From assembly GCA_964106645.2 (NCBI GenBank), contig OZ067043.1: DNA of 64,000 nt. One strand, written 5' to 3'. This document shows, piece by piece, positions 1-12,705 of the stretch. The stretch is from Podarcis pityusensis. Taxonomy: Eukaryota. Position 1 is the stretch's first letter, and each line of letters starts with the position of its first letter. Made by a program: the position numbers and the translations under genes. The notes under the pieces were generated by a model that ran no database searches, was not told the DNA's origin, and worked only from the letters and a program-made list of their open reading frames with translations.

Positions 1-879
1 AGTCTCTTCTGCAGAGCTGTTTGGAATCTGGGTAAAGGGCATACATTGTACTCTCTGTGGCTGGTCTGTTTTTGAAATAAGGGACACTTTCTCAAAATAA
101 GAGACATTTGGTAGGGTGCCCACCTTTGCAAACTGGAAATTCGGGCACCCTAATTTGTGTATTTAGTCTTATGCAAATTTATTCCCATTTTAAATAGCAC
201 ATTGCCCCTTTGAGACTAGACATTTTAGAATGAAGTGTTTTCCTTCCAACTTGCCCAGTCTCTTGCACCATCTTTTGACTTAATAAAACTGGCAAATGCA
301 ACAGCAGAACAGGCAGGTATAGTGACAGCTTGCTAGGAGAAACTGCAGAATGAAATTGGCTGGTTGTTTAGGATAAGCAGATACTGAGTGGCTGCCTTGG
401 GCTGTGTACTCCCATTTACTCTGCACCCTGGGCACTACCACCACTGGCTTGGGAAGTGGTGTACGTATAACGGTAGCCACAATCCATATTTAATCTGTAT
501 CTGCTGTTTTGTTTCATATGAAATATATGTGCAAAGCCAGCTTCAATCAGAATTGAGAAAAAGAATGATCTAGCTGTGTTTTTAAGTTGGTAATATGTAC
601 ACTACCGTGGTGTCTGCAATAGATGCAGGCAAGGTTGGATTTGGGTTACAAAAGTGGTGTAGTGGAGCAGCATCAGGCAGGGACCATGCGTTGCCACTCA
701 TTTCACAGTGGGGACAATGTTGTCATCTCCTGGAGGCACTGTTTGCCAGTCCTCGGCATACCAAATAAAGAAATATTTCTCAGAGAGAAATCCACCAAAT
801 CACCTAAGCAGAAGAATAGGTAGTTGGCATTACCATGCACAGCTATGGATTAAACTGGATTTTTCATTTTGAAGAATTC

Positions 880-965
880 CAAACTTTATAATGACCAACC
901 AGAATGTCAGAATATAATGAACAAACTTTTGAGTCTACCAACACTCTTCATCAGGCTAGATGTTA
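880..965 (-). mobile_element. Penelope-like element terminal remnant with degenerate hammerhead motif
   Basis: Minus strand CTGATGA-A-GAGT-gttggtag-ACTC-AAAA-GTTT. Confidence 0.5.
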
Positions 966-1614
966 ATTAAAGCAGGATAGAAGGGGAAGCTGACATACTA
1001 GTATTAAGACCTTAGTGTCTTCATTGGTCAAAAGTTCATTTTTGTTGTATAGTCTTAGCAGGGATATGGCTATGGGGGCGATCATCATGATGAGTGACTG
1101 AACTGCAGAACTGACCACTACACTACTAGTTTCATCTGCACTTTGCATGCACTGCATCATGACGATTCCAGATTCACTGCCCCCCTTACTGCCCTGACCT
1201 TGTAGACAACCACCATGTTGTGGATCTTTAGTCTCTTCCTCTTTTGCTTGTCTCGGTGTACTTGGTCCTCAGGCCCCAAGAGGTCATGGTTGTTGCTTAG
1301 CATTTAGATCTTGCAGATGAGACTTTGTTCCAATAATCAGCCAGCTGCTCTCGTACACACCCACACACCGTTTCCATAAGCAGCCTACTTTTGTGAGCAG
1401 TATAACGAGAGCAGCAAACTCATTCAAGATCACCTGCTCCCTTATGTAAGCTGGAAGATTGTCATGCGCTGATTTCTTGCCCAGTTCATGGAAAAGGAAC
1501 TGCAGTCTCAGGGTTCAATGGACTGTCACTTTGTTCTACCGTCAGCTGCACTGTCATCTGGCTGTTAAGCCCTGTCCTAGGAGGTTCTGGTAGAATAAAA
1601 GCAAATACTGAAGC

Positions 1615-1760
1615 TTTGTGAAGCACCTTAAAGACTAATAAATTTATGAGGGCATGAGCTTTTATGGAGTAAAGTCCACTTCATCAGATTCTTATGTCCT
1701 AGTAAGAATCTGTTAGTCTAAAAGACAGTGGTTTCTGCTGTAACAGTCCAACCTCTCTGG
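1615..1760 (-). mobile_element. Penelope-like element terminal remnant with degenerate hammerhead motif
   Basis: gcaccttaaagactaataaattta...gcatgagctttt...gtccacttcatcaga; related to 59130-59295. Confidence 0.6.
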
Positions 1761-4688
1761 TAGACTAGTGATTTACTAGATCAACTGTTAACGTGGGATG
1801 TGTAGACTGTGCAAGTCTGTCCAGTGGAAAGCCTTGCACAGTGATATTTTCCAAACCACACATCTGCAACTGTTTAAATTACAGTTTAATTATCTCCTCT
1901 ATGTACTGTTCACCTGTGTGAATGGCTTTATTGTGGCTTTCCCCATATTCTACTGAAAATCAGGATTCTGTGGAGTTCAAATAAGGGCAGGAGCAAAAGA
2001 AGCATCTGCCTAATAAAGAAGGTCATATTCTCTTGCAAAGGCAGGCACAGACCATTGCTCTTAATTATGTTATTATCTGATCTTCCCAAACTAACATACT
2101 TTGCTTGCCTTTGATGTACCATCCAGTTCTGCTCAGACTGCCTTTCCCTTTTTTGGTTTGTGCTCCAGTCATTTTAGTCAGAAGAAGTGATTAATGAAAC
2201 TCAAAAGGTCAGTTTAGGTTTTTTTCTATTTCTGCAAAGTGACCCAATTGGATACATTGCTGCTTCCTCCTTTATTGATATTTTAAGTGATGCTAAAAAT
2301 GCCTTCTAATGTCCGGTGTGCCCCTATAGTAAAGAGCTATTTTAAAACCAAATATTTGATTTGACCAATGTGCCTTTTTCATTTGATTTACAAATGTAAG
2401 AAGGTGAAACACCATTATTAATAGGTGCCATTTATGAAAAATGCTTTGACTAACTTTTGGGGATTCTGTGAATTCCAGCCCCTTTGCTAGAAGGAATAAT
2501 TCTCGTGTGATCCAGTATGACAGTTTTACTTTTCTTAATTTCACTATACATTTTTAAAAATTAATATCTAAGACCCATTGAGAGTAATTGACTTAAGTTA
2601 GTCATGCCCATTAAATTTCAGTGGGTTTACTCTTAGAAGGACTAGCATTGGCTACAGTCCTGAATGTTCTGTTGAAATGCCTCCCATCTTTTCAGGAAAT
2701 TGCTAGGTGCTTGCCCTTCTTTTTCTTCTAGGTGAATTTAGTTTTTTAAAGCTGCTTCTCATTTTCTGTTATACCACTGGACTGTATCCAGTATTTTAGA
2801 AGATATTAGAAAGAACAGCTGTTTTTAATGTTTGTCTTTTTCACTGTCCTATTATATTTAGCACACCAGAACCAAAATAACTTGAAACATCCAACAAGTG
2901 TCCCCTCAGCTCTTAGTGTCACTGTTTTAAATTTGTATTCATCTATTAAAATTGTCCTCCACTCATCACTGAGCAAAATGTTAAATCTCTTAATTAAAAC
3001 CTGCAGTCATAATTTGTAACAGTGCATCTATGGATGGACCTTGGCGCCAGGGCCTACAGTCCAGGGACTCAGCTATACAGCTGCAAATAAAATGTTTAAG
3101 TGTGTTTTAAGTGCAATACAGAATGTGACACTAGATGGCGATGGTGAGCCTTATGGAAAAATATATTTAAAAAAAAAAAAATTAAGCATTTTCAGAACAA
3201 TTTTTATATGTGTTTAGATTCTACCCAGGCCCACCTCCCTCCCTCCAGATCACCATTCAGAGAGCAGCAGATGAGGCAGACAGTGGCAAAAAGCCCCCTG
3301 CCCCCCAATCAGCACGAGCAAATCAACCCCACTAGGGCTGCCACAGGTCACCCTAGCAGTCTTTCTTATTTTATGGCAGATGGCCAGGCATGTACATGAT
3401 TACAGATATTTCCATTTCAAAAACTTACTATCCTTTTTTTTTTTTTGGTAACTAAATGATGCTTATTCAGTTTGCAGTAGGGTAGCAGAAGCAATGCTCG
3501 TTTTAGTCCTGTAGTCACAATGGTGCTGTGATTTAAGTGAGTTTAAAATGCAAAACTGCACGAACTGTACATATTAGGAATGCAGAAGCAATTGAAAGGC
3601 CCAGAACGGCAGTGGGGGAGGGAAGAACAGAAATGTTTATTGTGTGCTTCCAATTTAATACGTGTGGCTGTCTAAAGTGCCTGCTCACCCCCGCAAGTTC
3701 AAGTCCAGGATCTAACATTACTTGGCTGCACTGCTGAGTCTTCTGAGACACTGTGCATGCAGGGTTGGCTCCAGGTTTGAGGGAGTCCAGGGTGGCCAAA
3801 GTGCTCTCTGGTGGGTCCCTTCCTCTGTCACCGGGTCCTGAAAGTCTTACGTGGCTGCCGTGGTGATGGTATTCACTGGTACTCCTGTCAACTCTTCTTC
3901 TTCTTTTGCTGCCCACAGGAGCCATTTTGTGTCAGCACCCACAGCACATTTATTAAGATAGGAGTATTGGCATCTCATTCATTTATTTTACCAAAAGAAG
4001 CTCTGGCGACAGCAGTGCTCAGAGCAAGGCCAGGTTGCTAGGAACAGCTACCATTTTAACTTCCCACAATACCCTGCTGTAGGCTCACTTGGGAACATTG
4101 TGGGAAATTTAAATGACAGGCAGCCGCAGCTGCCTGGGACTGTTTGAGTGCCATTCTGATATATTTTTTTAAGGGTACCCTAGCAGCTGCCCAAGCATGC
4201 CAGGTGCCAGCACTGGTCCTATGCACCCATCCTCCTGTTGCTAGGCTTGTGTGAAATGTTTCCTAGTCAACCTGATTTGCCACTTTCCTCAAATAAGGCG
4301 TAACCTTCTAAGGTAATAATTTTTATTACCCGCCCCCGGTAATTAAACTGTTCTTAAACATGGTATCAGAGTAGGCTAGCTAATATCAAATGGCATCATA
4401 AAGCAGCAGGTCATTACAAACCACAAATAAAGCAGCAACAGTGGGACCAGACCACCTTGTAAGTAGCCGTTTTCCTAATGGATGTTCCTTTATATAACAG
4501 TGCACACAGAAATTACTGTATTCGTGAGAAGCATTTAGCCTGGAATTCTTCTTGACAACCATGTTTTCTATATGTAATTTTTTTTTTGTCTGTAGGAAGA
4601 TTAAATCATGTGAGCTGCACCTGTTACAAAATGTACAAAATGTAATCCAAACACAAGTTTACCACCTCATCTTCCATCATTTACAAAT

Positions 4689-4860
4689 GGACTGTAGCTC
4701 AGTGGCAAAGGCTTTGCATGCAAAAGGTCCCAATTTCAGTACTTGGCATCTCTAGGTAGGGCTGGGAGGGACCCCATCTGAAATCTTTGAGAGCCATTGC
4801 TGATCAGTGTAAAACAATACTGAGCTGTGGTTTGACTTGGTGTAGGGGAAACCTACTGTG
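4689..4860 (+). mobile_element. tRNA-derived SINE with CR1-like tail (family not named)
   Basis: A-box tagctcagtgg; body ggtagggctggga...gagagcc..tgc..cagtgta..caatactgagct shared with copies at 8748, 21090, 55186 and 56603. Confidence 0.7.
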
Positions 4861-4941
4861 GACGAATTTTACATTTTGGGGAAATAGATATTGGTTTGCA
4901 TGATACTTCCTCCCTTCTTATTGTCACCTTTGGAACTGGCA

Positions 4942-5124
4942 CATAGGAGCCAACTCCTAGGGGCCAAGGTCACTTTGCCCCCCCCTAAAATATTTGAGGG
5001 GGCTGGGCCCCCCAAAGTTGAAGGGAAATCTCATTCAAATTGTGTGTGTGTGTCTCATCATGTGACTGATTATGCAGCATAGGGCTTATCTGCCCTCCCT
5101 ATTTTATTCAAGTTGGCACCCCTA
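4942..5124. mobile_element. Non-autonomous DNA transposon (hAT-like)
   Basis: Imperfect TIRs cataggagccaact / agttggcaccccta; near-duplicated flanks actggca / actgcca. Confidence 0.5.
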
Positions 5125-8100
5125 GACTGCCAATGATTTTGGGTTTAATTCACGCTTTGGACTTCAGGGATCAGTAGCAGCAGGATGTGGGAAGATCCAC
5201 TTGTGGGCCAACTGTAGGCTGAGTGCCTGCAGGCAGATAAATTATGCTGGTCCCAGTAAACTGGCCTACCTTACCAGGTGGGAGGAATTGAGATATAAGG
5301 CTGGCCAGCTTGTGGCCACCAAGGAGCTGGAATATCTAAATCTCTCAGATGGGTTCTGACTCCTGAACTTCAGCATAGGCCTGGACTGAGAGGCTGCTGT
5401 GCAATGGCCAGCTGGAGTCTGTTCATTACTGTTTGCTGGAGCTCCCTATAACAGAATGGGGAAGTAGTTTATCTTGTTCTTGCTGTGCTATTTTGCTTAA
5501 ATAATTGTTTTTTGTGCAATCTATTTAATGAAAGCATCGAACTTCCCTCCACTTGTGGTATTATTGCCATTGAATCCAAAAGAACCTTTGCCTTTGCCAA
5601 AGCACTTGGTATAATAAGGCAACTTCCATGGTTCTTATCTAGTGTTTCTGAGAACTTGGCTTCTGATGCTTGTTGGTTAGAAAAGATGCTGTCCCAACTT
5701 TTAACGTGTAGGTTAAGGAATGCTTACAATGCCATTGAAAAGAGATAATAGTATCTATTATATAAATAATAGGGTTGACAGTAGTCCCTTTTATGCACTC
5801 TCTGGCCTGTGGCCATGACAGAAGCAAATCTCTCCCTCAACAAGTCACCCTATTGTGTGTTGCTTCTATTTGGGGACTGCAGGATGGCATGGCAGGGGCA
5901 GTGAGATTGGACTTGGGCCTTGGGTTGCCCAGTAGATGTATCTTTCTATTCAACCCATTCCTAATCCTGTTGGCTCACAGGCCATAAAGGAAATTTTGAC
6001 TAAATACCAGCTCTGTATAGCTTGTCTATCCCTATCAGTTTTCAAGAGGGAGGATGCAACCACTCCCCAGTAGCTGTGACCTCAGAAGTTATCTGCTTGT
6101 CATCTACAGAAGCCCCCACAGGGAAGGCGTCAGTGTGGAAAAGCTCATTTTGTGTATGCTAGGCCACTCTCTCTCATGCACTGTTTACCCAACAGACTTC
6201 AAGTTTGACAATTTCTCATTAAGCTGATTTTGATTCAGTATCACTAGAGCAAGCTCTTAATTACTTGCACTTTCATCTGTGCCCACTGACGGAATGGAGA
6301 CGCCAGGAGGGGTCTTCATTTGCATATATTGATTAGAGCTAACCCAAACTCTATTGTGTCTGCCCATCATGTTTAGGAAATGTTAATTCACAGTCTGCTG
6401 TGGTTGCTGCCCAGCTTCTAATAAAAGAAGGATGGCAGCTTCTTCGGCAGCAGCAGCTTCAACTTCTCACTAGCTAACATGTCTGCAGACTTCCTTTTCT
6501 GTGAGGGTGAAGAATGGCATTTTAAATCTGTGTTAGCTATGCACTCATAGGTCTTTGCAACATGCTCTTCTGTGTCTAATGCCAAAAGCTCAAAATAGTG
6601 TTCCTTTCCCATTTTAGACAGAGAAGCTATTTTTCCTCAGTCCAGATATATAGGGGCAGATTCAGCTGAGTCCCGGTAGCAGAAACCCAAGCAAGGACTT
6701 CTACTAGCGCACATGCCCTGCATTGGCTCAGTGTTTGTGTGTGTGTGTCAGGTGAATCCCCAGAACAGTGCACGGGGGAGGGGGGGGATCCCATCTGGCA
6801 AACTGAAATATTTGCATTGACAGAATGACTACCATAATGCTATGTTGAATTCCTCCCATTCTGTGTCTTGCAGTGTCCTGTCCTGAAGGATGCTGGGTTT
6901 TGCCACTAAGCATTTGCTCATGTGGAATGCCTGCCAACCCATGAGTGAGGGGTGGTTAAGTGGGAAGGAGGAATAAGTGTACTCTGGTTGCAAGTGCATG
7001 ACTAGCTTAAAGATTGTCACATTCCACAGTGGTTGTCTATGAGATTAAGGCATGTGGGATCACCAGGCACTCAACAGTACTCCAGTTAGATTGAGCTGGT
7101 ATCTCACATTCCTTCACAGCCTATCTGAAGAGCCTCAGAAATTTACGCAATGGAAAGCATCAAAATTGAGAGATTGCATTTCTGCACTTTAGCTGAAAGG
7201 ACTGCTGAACTATCTATTAATATCCTTAAACTTTATATGATTTTTGAATCCTTGCTTAGATTTTAACACTTGCTGGATCCAGGAAATAGAAGGGTCTTGG
7301 CATACAGCCCACCCCCCTCAAACTCATAACACTATTATGCCCATACACAATGGCAAAATTTCAATGTAATTGTAAACTTTGGTTTAGCATTGCACACATG
7401 AGACTTCTGCACTTTGCACTTTTCTTCTCCAGTGTAGTCGTGAGATCAGAAGCTTTCACTTTTATTTTCAAGTAACTGCAGTCCAATGCTGCTGTAGTTA
7501 ATCTAAACTACTGTATTATTTGAAACAAACCAAATCCATAAAACATGGCTTGAAGTTGGCTTGTTTCCCTGAGTAGGTGAACTGTGGCCCAACGGCAACA
7601 TGTAGCTCTCTGCCTAATTTTGTATGGCTGGAGGGAGATAAGGAGGGCAAGAGGGAGAATCCTGGGGGGACAGGGACGTATCAAACAATGGAATAGGAGG
7701 GGAAATTATTCTGTAACTGATCAATATAGACTTCTGGCAAGAGAGATCTGTCTCTCTTCCAACGGCCTGGTAGGCAGAAAGGAAAAAGGAGGTAGCAGAA
7801 AAGAGAGTAAGAAAAAGGGGCAGGCTTCACCCCCTTCTGGCACTGAGTTACTCAACAGCATGTGGCACCTGTCAAAATAATCTCCCAGGTAATGCAGACC
7901 TCAACAGAAAAAAAGGTTTAACAAGAGGCCTAAACCATAGTAAAGAGAAACCACATTTTATCTGAGTTTGTGTTTACCACTGAACTGTAGTTGATAAAAA
8001 ACGGGAAATGGGAGTTTCCAGTGCCCTTGCAGCCGCATTGGAGGCCAGCAGCATTTATGCAGAGTTCTCTCTCTAAAGATTACTTCTGGCAGTAGTTGGG

Positions 8101-8747
8101 CTTTTGGACAAGGAAGATAGAGCTGCTTAGGATACTGTCTGCTTTATATGCTGTTCTTAGTGTTTTGCGTATTGTTTGTCTTGTTAGTCCAGATCTTACA
8201 GCATGGTCATCTTAGGAGGGACTTGCTCCCCCCAGAAGTGCAGCACTGGAGCCCAAGGCATCTCTCCCAGCCTCCCTTCAGCCTGCCTGCTAAGATGGTT
8301 CTCCCTTTGTTCTCCCCGTTCTTCCCAGCGCACCTTGATAAAAATCACTCTCTTCCTGTCACCTCTCTCTCTCTCTTACCCCACCATCTTGGCAATTTCT
8401 GTCTGCCCAGGCCCAAGGATTCCTCCTAGATAGGCCATCAATACATGTTGTCATGCTAACGACATGGCTTATCCCTAGCTAGCTATGTGAAGCTGCCTGG
8501 GTTTGTGTTCCTAAACTGTATTTAACAGTGCTTGACTTAAGTTTTAACTAGCCAAATTGCTTACTTGGTGCATTGCTTACTTAATGAATCTATGAGTTTG
8601 CTCAAATTCTAGCTCTTTACTGAATCCACAGATTATGGCGAGTCTGCCCCTCCCCCAAACTCATAACACTGCATAGCCACAACTCCCAGAATCTGCAGCA
8701 GAACTGTCATTGGGGATCTTAGGGCCTGGGTTCTTGGAACTAGAGAG

Positions 8748-8945
8748 ACCATAGTTTAGTGGCAGAGCACATGCTTTGCATTCTAAAAGTCCAAGATACA
8801 ATCCTTGTAGTTCCACTTAAAAGGATAGCTAATAAAGGAAGAACCTTTGCCCAAGACCCCAAAGAGAGTTTCTGCTTGTCAGAGTAAAGTATGTTAGGCT
8901 TGATGGATGTATAATCACTACTGGGATAAGGCAGCTTCCTGTGAG
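8748..8945 (+). mobile_element. tRNA-derived SINE copy (degenerate)
   Basis: tagtttagtggcagagcacatgctttgcat head; ataaggcagcttcct tail. Confidence 0.6.
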
Positions 8946-9014
8946 CTTATATGGGAGAAGACTCTTCCATACGTATATTGAGCTACACTCCTACACTCTC
9001 ATGTTTCTGTAAAG

Positions 9015-9152
9015 CAGGGAGAGTCAACATGGTGCCCTCTGTGTGTTGTGAATTCCCAACTCCTACCATCTCTTGAGTATTAGCCGTGTTGGCATGGCCA
9101 GATGGGAGTTGTAGTCCAAAGCATCTGGAGGGCTCCACATTGATTTCTCCTG
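9015..9152. mobile_element. hAT-type MITE, same family
   Basis: catggtgccctc...gggagttgtagtccaaagcatctggagggc; internally palindromic. Confidence 0.7.
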
Positions 9153-10068
9153 CTATGAAAGTGTAATTCTACATACACTAACATATTCCCCCTTCTCCCT
9201 CCCATACCAGTGACCCAGAAATATACTGCAGTTCCTCAACACTTTGTGGCTGTGAGCAAGGGAAACTGGGAGAACTAGCCTAAAACAACAAGAGGAGTGG
9301 GGCCATAGAGGTGTTTGTGGCTCAGACCAGATCAAGGTTCAGGATGAGGTTTTTGTATATTTGGGAGCACGAAGGCCAAGTGTTATATGATGATAAAGCA
9401 AACGTGTCAGGTATTCATAAATGTGTTATAGGTTGGAATATTAAAGCAGATCTTTATGTGCTGCCCACAGTTCAAATGTTGTAGAGGTTTTTGCAGCTGC
9501 TTTAATGCCAGAGGCTAAATCTTTGGCAGCTGCATAGTATTTTTGAATGTTTTTTCTTAGGGGGAGAGTTTAAAGAAAACTAATAAAGCATCGTTTGAAC
9601 AAGACAGTCAGATTAGATGGCCATCCAAAATTTTAGGCATACAGAAGTATACTGCTTTAAATTTTGGACACTTCAGAAGCAAACAAGTCAGAGACTGCTA
9701 TTGTAGAGATGGAAAACTTAAGGGAAATTTGAAGAAAAACTGTTGACAGTTTTCACTTGTGAAATTTTTGTGGCATTATGTCCTTTAGAAAGCATGGTCA
9801 GTGTGGACTGTGTTGCAGTTAAAGGAAAGGAAAGGAAAGGAAAGAAGAAATTTTGATGATTTCATTTGAATTATTGCCTGAAAACCACTCGTCCAGTGGT
9901 CTCCCAAGACAGGAACTAATGGTGAGCGCCTAGTTCTGGAACTTTACTCATGCAGTCACAACACCTCCTGACAAGTTCTACTTGCCACTGGAGAAGAAGA
10001 AAAATGTGCATGCTCAGAAATGAACTGAGTGTAAGTTCCACAGAGAGGTATTAAGGCAATAGGGTATT

Positions 10069-10422
10069 AAAAAGGGTAAAGGGACCCCTGACCATTAGGT
10101 CCAGTCGTGACTGACTCTGGGGTTGCGGCGCTCATCTCGCTTTATTGGCCGAGGGAGCCGGCGTACAGCTTCCGGGTCATGTGGCCAGCATGACTAAGCC
10201 GCTTCTGGCGAACCAGAGCAGCGCGCGGAAACGCCGTTTAACTTCCTGCCGGAGTGGTACCTATTTATCTACTTGCACTTTGACGTGCTTTCAAACTGCT
10301 AGGTTGGCAGGAGCAGGGACTGAGCAATGGGAGCTCACCCCGTCGTGGGGATTCAAACCGCCGACCTTCTGATCGGCAAATCCTAGGCTCTGTGGTTTAA
10401 CCCACAGCGCCACCCACGTCCC
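10069..10422 (-). mobile_element. Full-length Sauria SINE (lacertid/Podarcis-type)
   Basis: Minus strand begins GGGACGTGGGTGGCGCTGTGGGTTAAACCACAGAGCCTAGG (tRNA-like head) and ends ...GGGGTCCCTTTACCCTTT. 11-bp TSD aatagggtatt at 10058-10068 and 10423-10433. CpG-rich, so young. Confidence 0.9.
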
Positions 10423-11748
10423 AATAGGGTATTCAGCATGCACAAATGACTTACAGGCATACCTTGCCTTATTACCACATGACTTCAACCAAAACCAGAA
10501 TGTGGAAACCTCTGTTTAAGTTGAAAGGCAACCTCGGTTGTGTCTAAACTAGGACATGAATGTGTAGATATGCATTTCCATGTATGTTTTGCTTTCTCCT
10601 TGTGCTTGTGTCCCTTCATCCACACAAGCACTTTCAGTTTTATGCTTCTAAAATGTACCTCGATGTTTCCTGTCCACACTCGTGGCCAGTGCTTGATTTT
10701 TTGTGTTGTTGTCAAATCCTTTCATGTGGATATTTGTTCAGCTTTCAACATTTTTGTTTTGAAATACAAGTTTTCCAAAATAACACAAAAGAGCAGTAAA
10801 AACATTTTTTAAAAAATGTGTGTTGCTTCATATCAGGCAAGATTGAGAGCTGCTGGAATGAAAGGCTGACACTTCCATTCCTCCCCTTTTCGTTTCCTGC
10901 ACCCAGCAAAACATCATTACACATGTGTATAAACCTGCTCATATAATGTGCTTTAGTTCATTCACAGTCAAGTAACACGTGATTTTATACTGGATTATCC
11001 AGAGAACAGGAAAATCAGACTTTAGCAGGAGATGGTGTGGGTTGCCACTTGGATGAGGACATTGTGTGGAAGCTGCAAAAAGATAGAGAGGCACAAGCAG
11101 CTTCAAATCCACATTAGGCTTTGGTCTGGATGAGACCCTAGTTTGTAAACAAAAAATAATTCTTCACCCTAAAAAGTCAAATCAGTGACACACTCAGGTG
11201 CTTAGAGAAGCTCTAATTGATGCTGGCTCTTCTTTCTCCAGCTATAAAAATGGGCAGACTCACATTGAGACCGTAAATAATACATTATGTTCCCTAAGAT
11301 GACAGTTGTCTTGTTAAACGTGGTCTTTTTAAAAGTAAAGAAGAAAATAAAAATGTCAGCAGTACCTTGTAGCAATAGTTTATCTAGCTCAGTACTGCCA
11401 AGCTGCAGCAGATACCTCTGGCCCATTCCTATGCCCCTGCCACGTTTTCTATTTTGGTAGTTACTATCTCTGTGTGTGTGAATCGGGATGTGTTGGGATT
11501 CACAGGATCTAAAGCACTGCAAGAATTTTTTTTGGGGGGGGGAGGGGAGCACAGTGGCCCTGGGAAGTGGTGTACTTATTTTTAAAAAATTTAGGCCTTA
11601 GAAAATGGGGAAAGAGATTGTGCACACCCTCCTTTGCCCTAAAGGCACAAGCCAGGTCAGACTCTGGATCTGTCAGTTCTTCCAACTCAAATTCTCCCTC
11701 CCCCAATGCTGTAGGTGCAATTCACACCCATTAAAATCAACAATAGTA

Positions 11749-11885
11749 NNNNNNNNNNNNNNNNNNNNNNNNNNNNNNNNNNNNNNNNNNNNNNNNNNNN
11801 NNNNNNNNNNNNNNNNNNNNNNNNNNNNNNNNNNNNNNNNNNNNNNNNNNNNNNNNNNNNNNNNNNNNNNNNNNNNNNNNNNNNN
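11749..11885. other. Assembly gap (137 N)
   Basis: Run of n characters. Confidence 1.
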
Positions 11886-12675
11886 ACTATACTGTTAAGC
11901 CATGTCCCCTCTAGCTGCAGGGGTGGGAGGAGAAAAACTTGGTTCCTAGCCACCTCCACTCCTGTGGCAGGAAGAGGGGCAGTGGGCGTCTTCCTTCTCC
12001 TGGAAGCAGCTAGGTTGCCTGCAACTACACCCACAGGAGCAATATCTGTGAAGTGCAATAAAGTGAGGTATGCATGTAGATCATTTTGTTCATGCTTAAT
12101 ACCCTAACCCTATTGAATGGGTGGGCTTGTGCCCCTTGGCATAATTTGAAAAGCAAGAGCAGTGAGTCCCTTTCTTACCAGCTTGATTGGCCGCGACAGG
12201 AAGAGAGAGAGAATAGGTTGGCCATAGCTACTTTTGGCTCTGGCCCAGTCTACTGCTGGCTTAGAATCTGCTCTCAGTCAGCATATTGTCTGTCCCTGAT
12301 TCAGAATGTAAGCAGCAAAGCAATCAGTTATGAATGACATTTAAAAGATGGGTTCTTCTGACCAAAGTCTGAATGGAACACACTAGGTCCAGTGACTGTA
12401 ACTGAAAATGAGATCATTGAGTGATGTAAATCAGTGTTCACTAACAGTTTATGATGAACTGAAGTAATTTTCCACCTGGGATTTTAAAGTAATAGTTGGG
12501 AATTTCAGCAATATTTTGACAAGCGAGGCTCCAATATTTATTTGATCTTGTATTTAAAATTTCAAAACAGAGTAAACACATTTTTATCACCACATCATAC
12601 CAGCTAGGCTGTATTTCTCAATTTATTAGAAACAGCGGTCAGTACATCCTTCTAAAACATTACATGTAAATGTGC

Positions 12676-12705
12676 TTTATTGCAACCTTTTATTGCATTT
12701 TTATT
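12676..12705 (-). terminator. Cluster of three polyadenylation signals (AATAAA)
   Basis: Plus-strand tttatt at 12676-12681, 12689-12694 and 12700-12705. Confidence 0.55.

Noticed and set aside
6418-6612. Protein-like 64-aa minus-strand ORF (MGKEHYFELL...)
   Set aside because: No recognisable family and no convincing splice context
11605-12107. ORFs containing X runs
   Set aside because: Artefacts of reading through the N gap
1-12600. Expected 3' end of a convergent neighbour (MAST2 in human synteny)
   Set aside because: No long ORF or recognisable MAST2 peptide in any frame; cannot be supported
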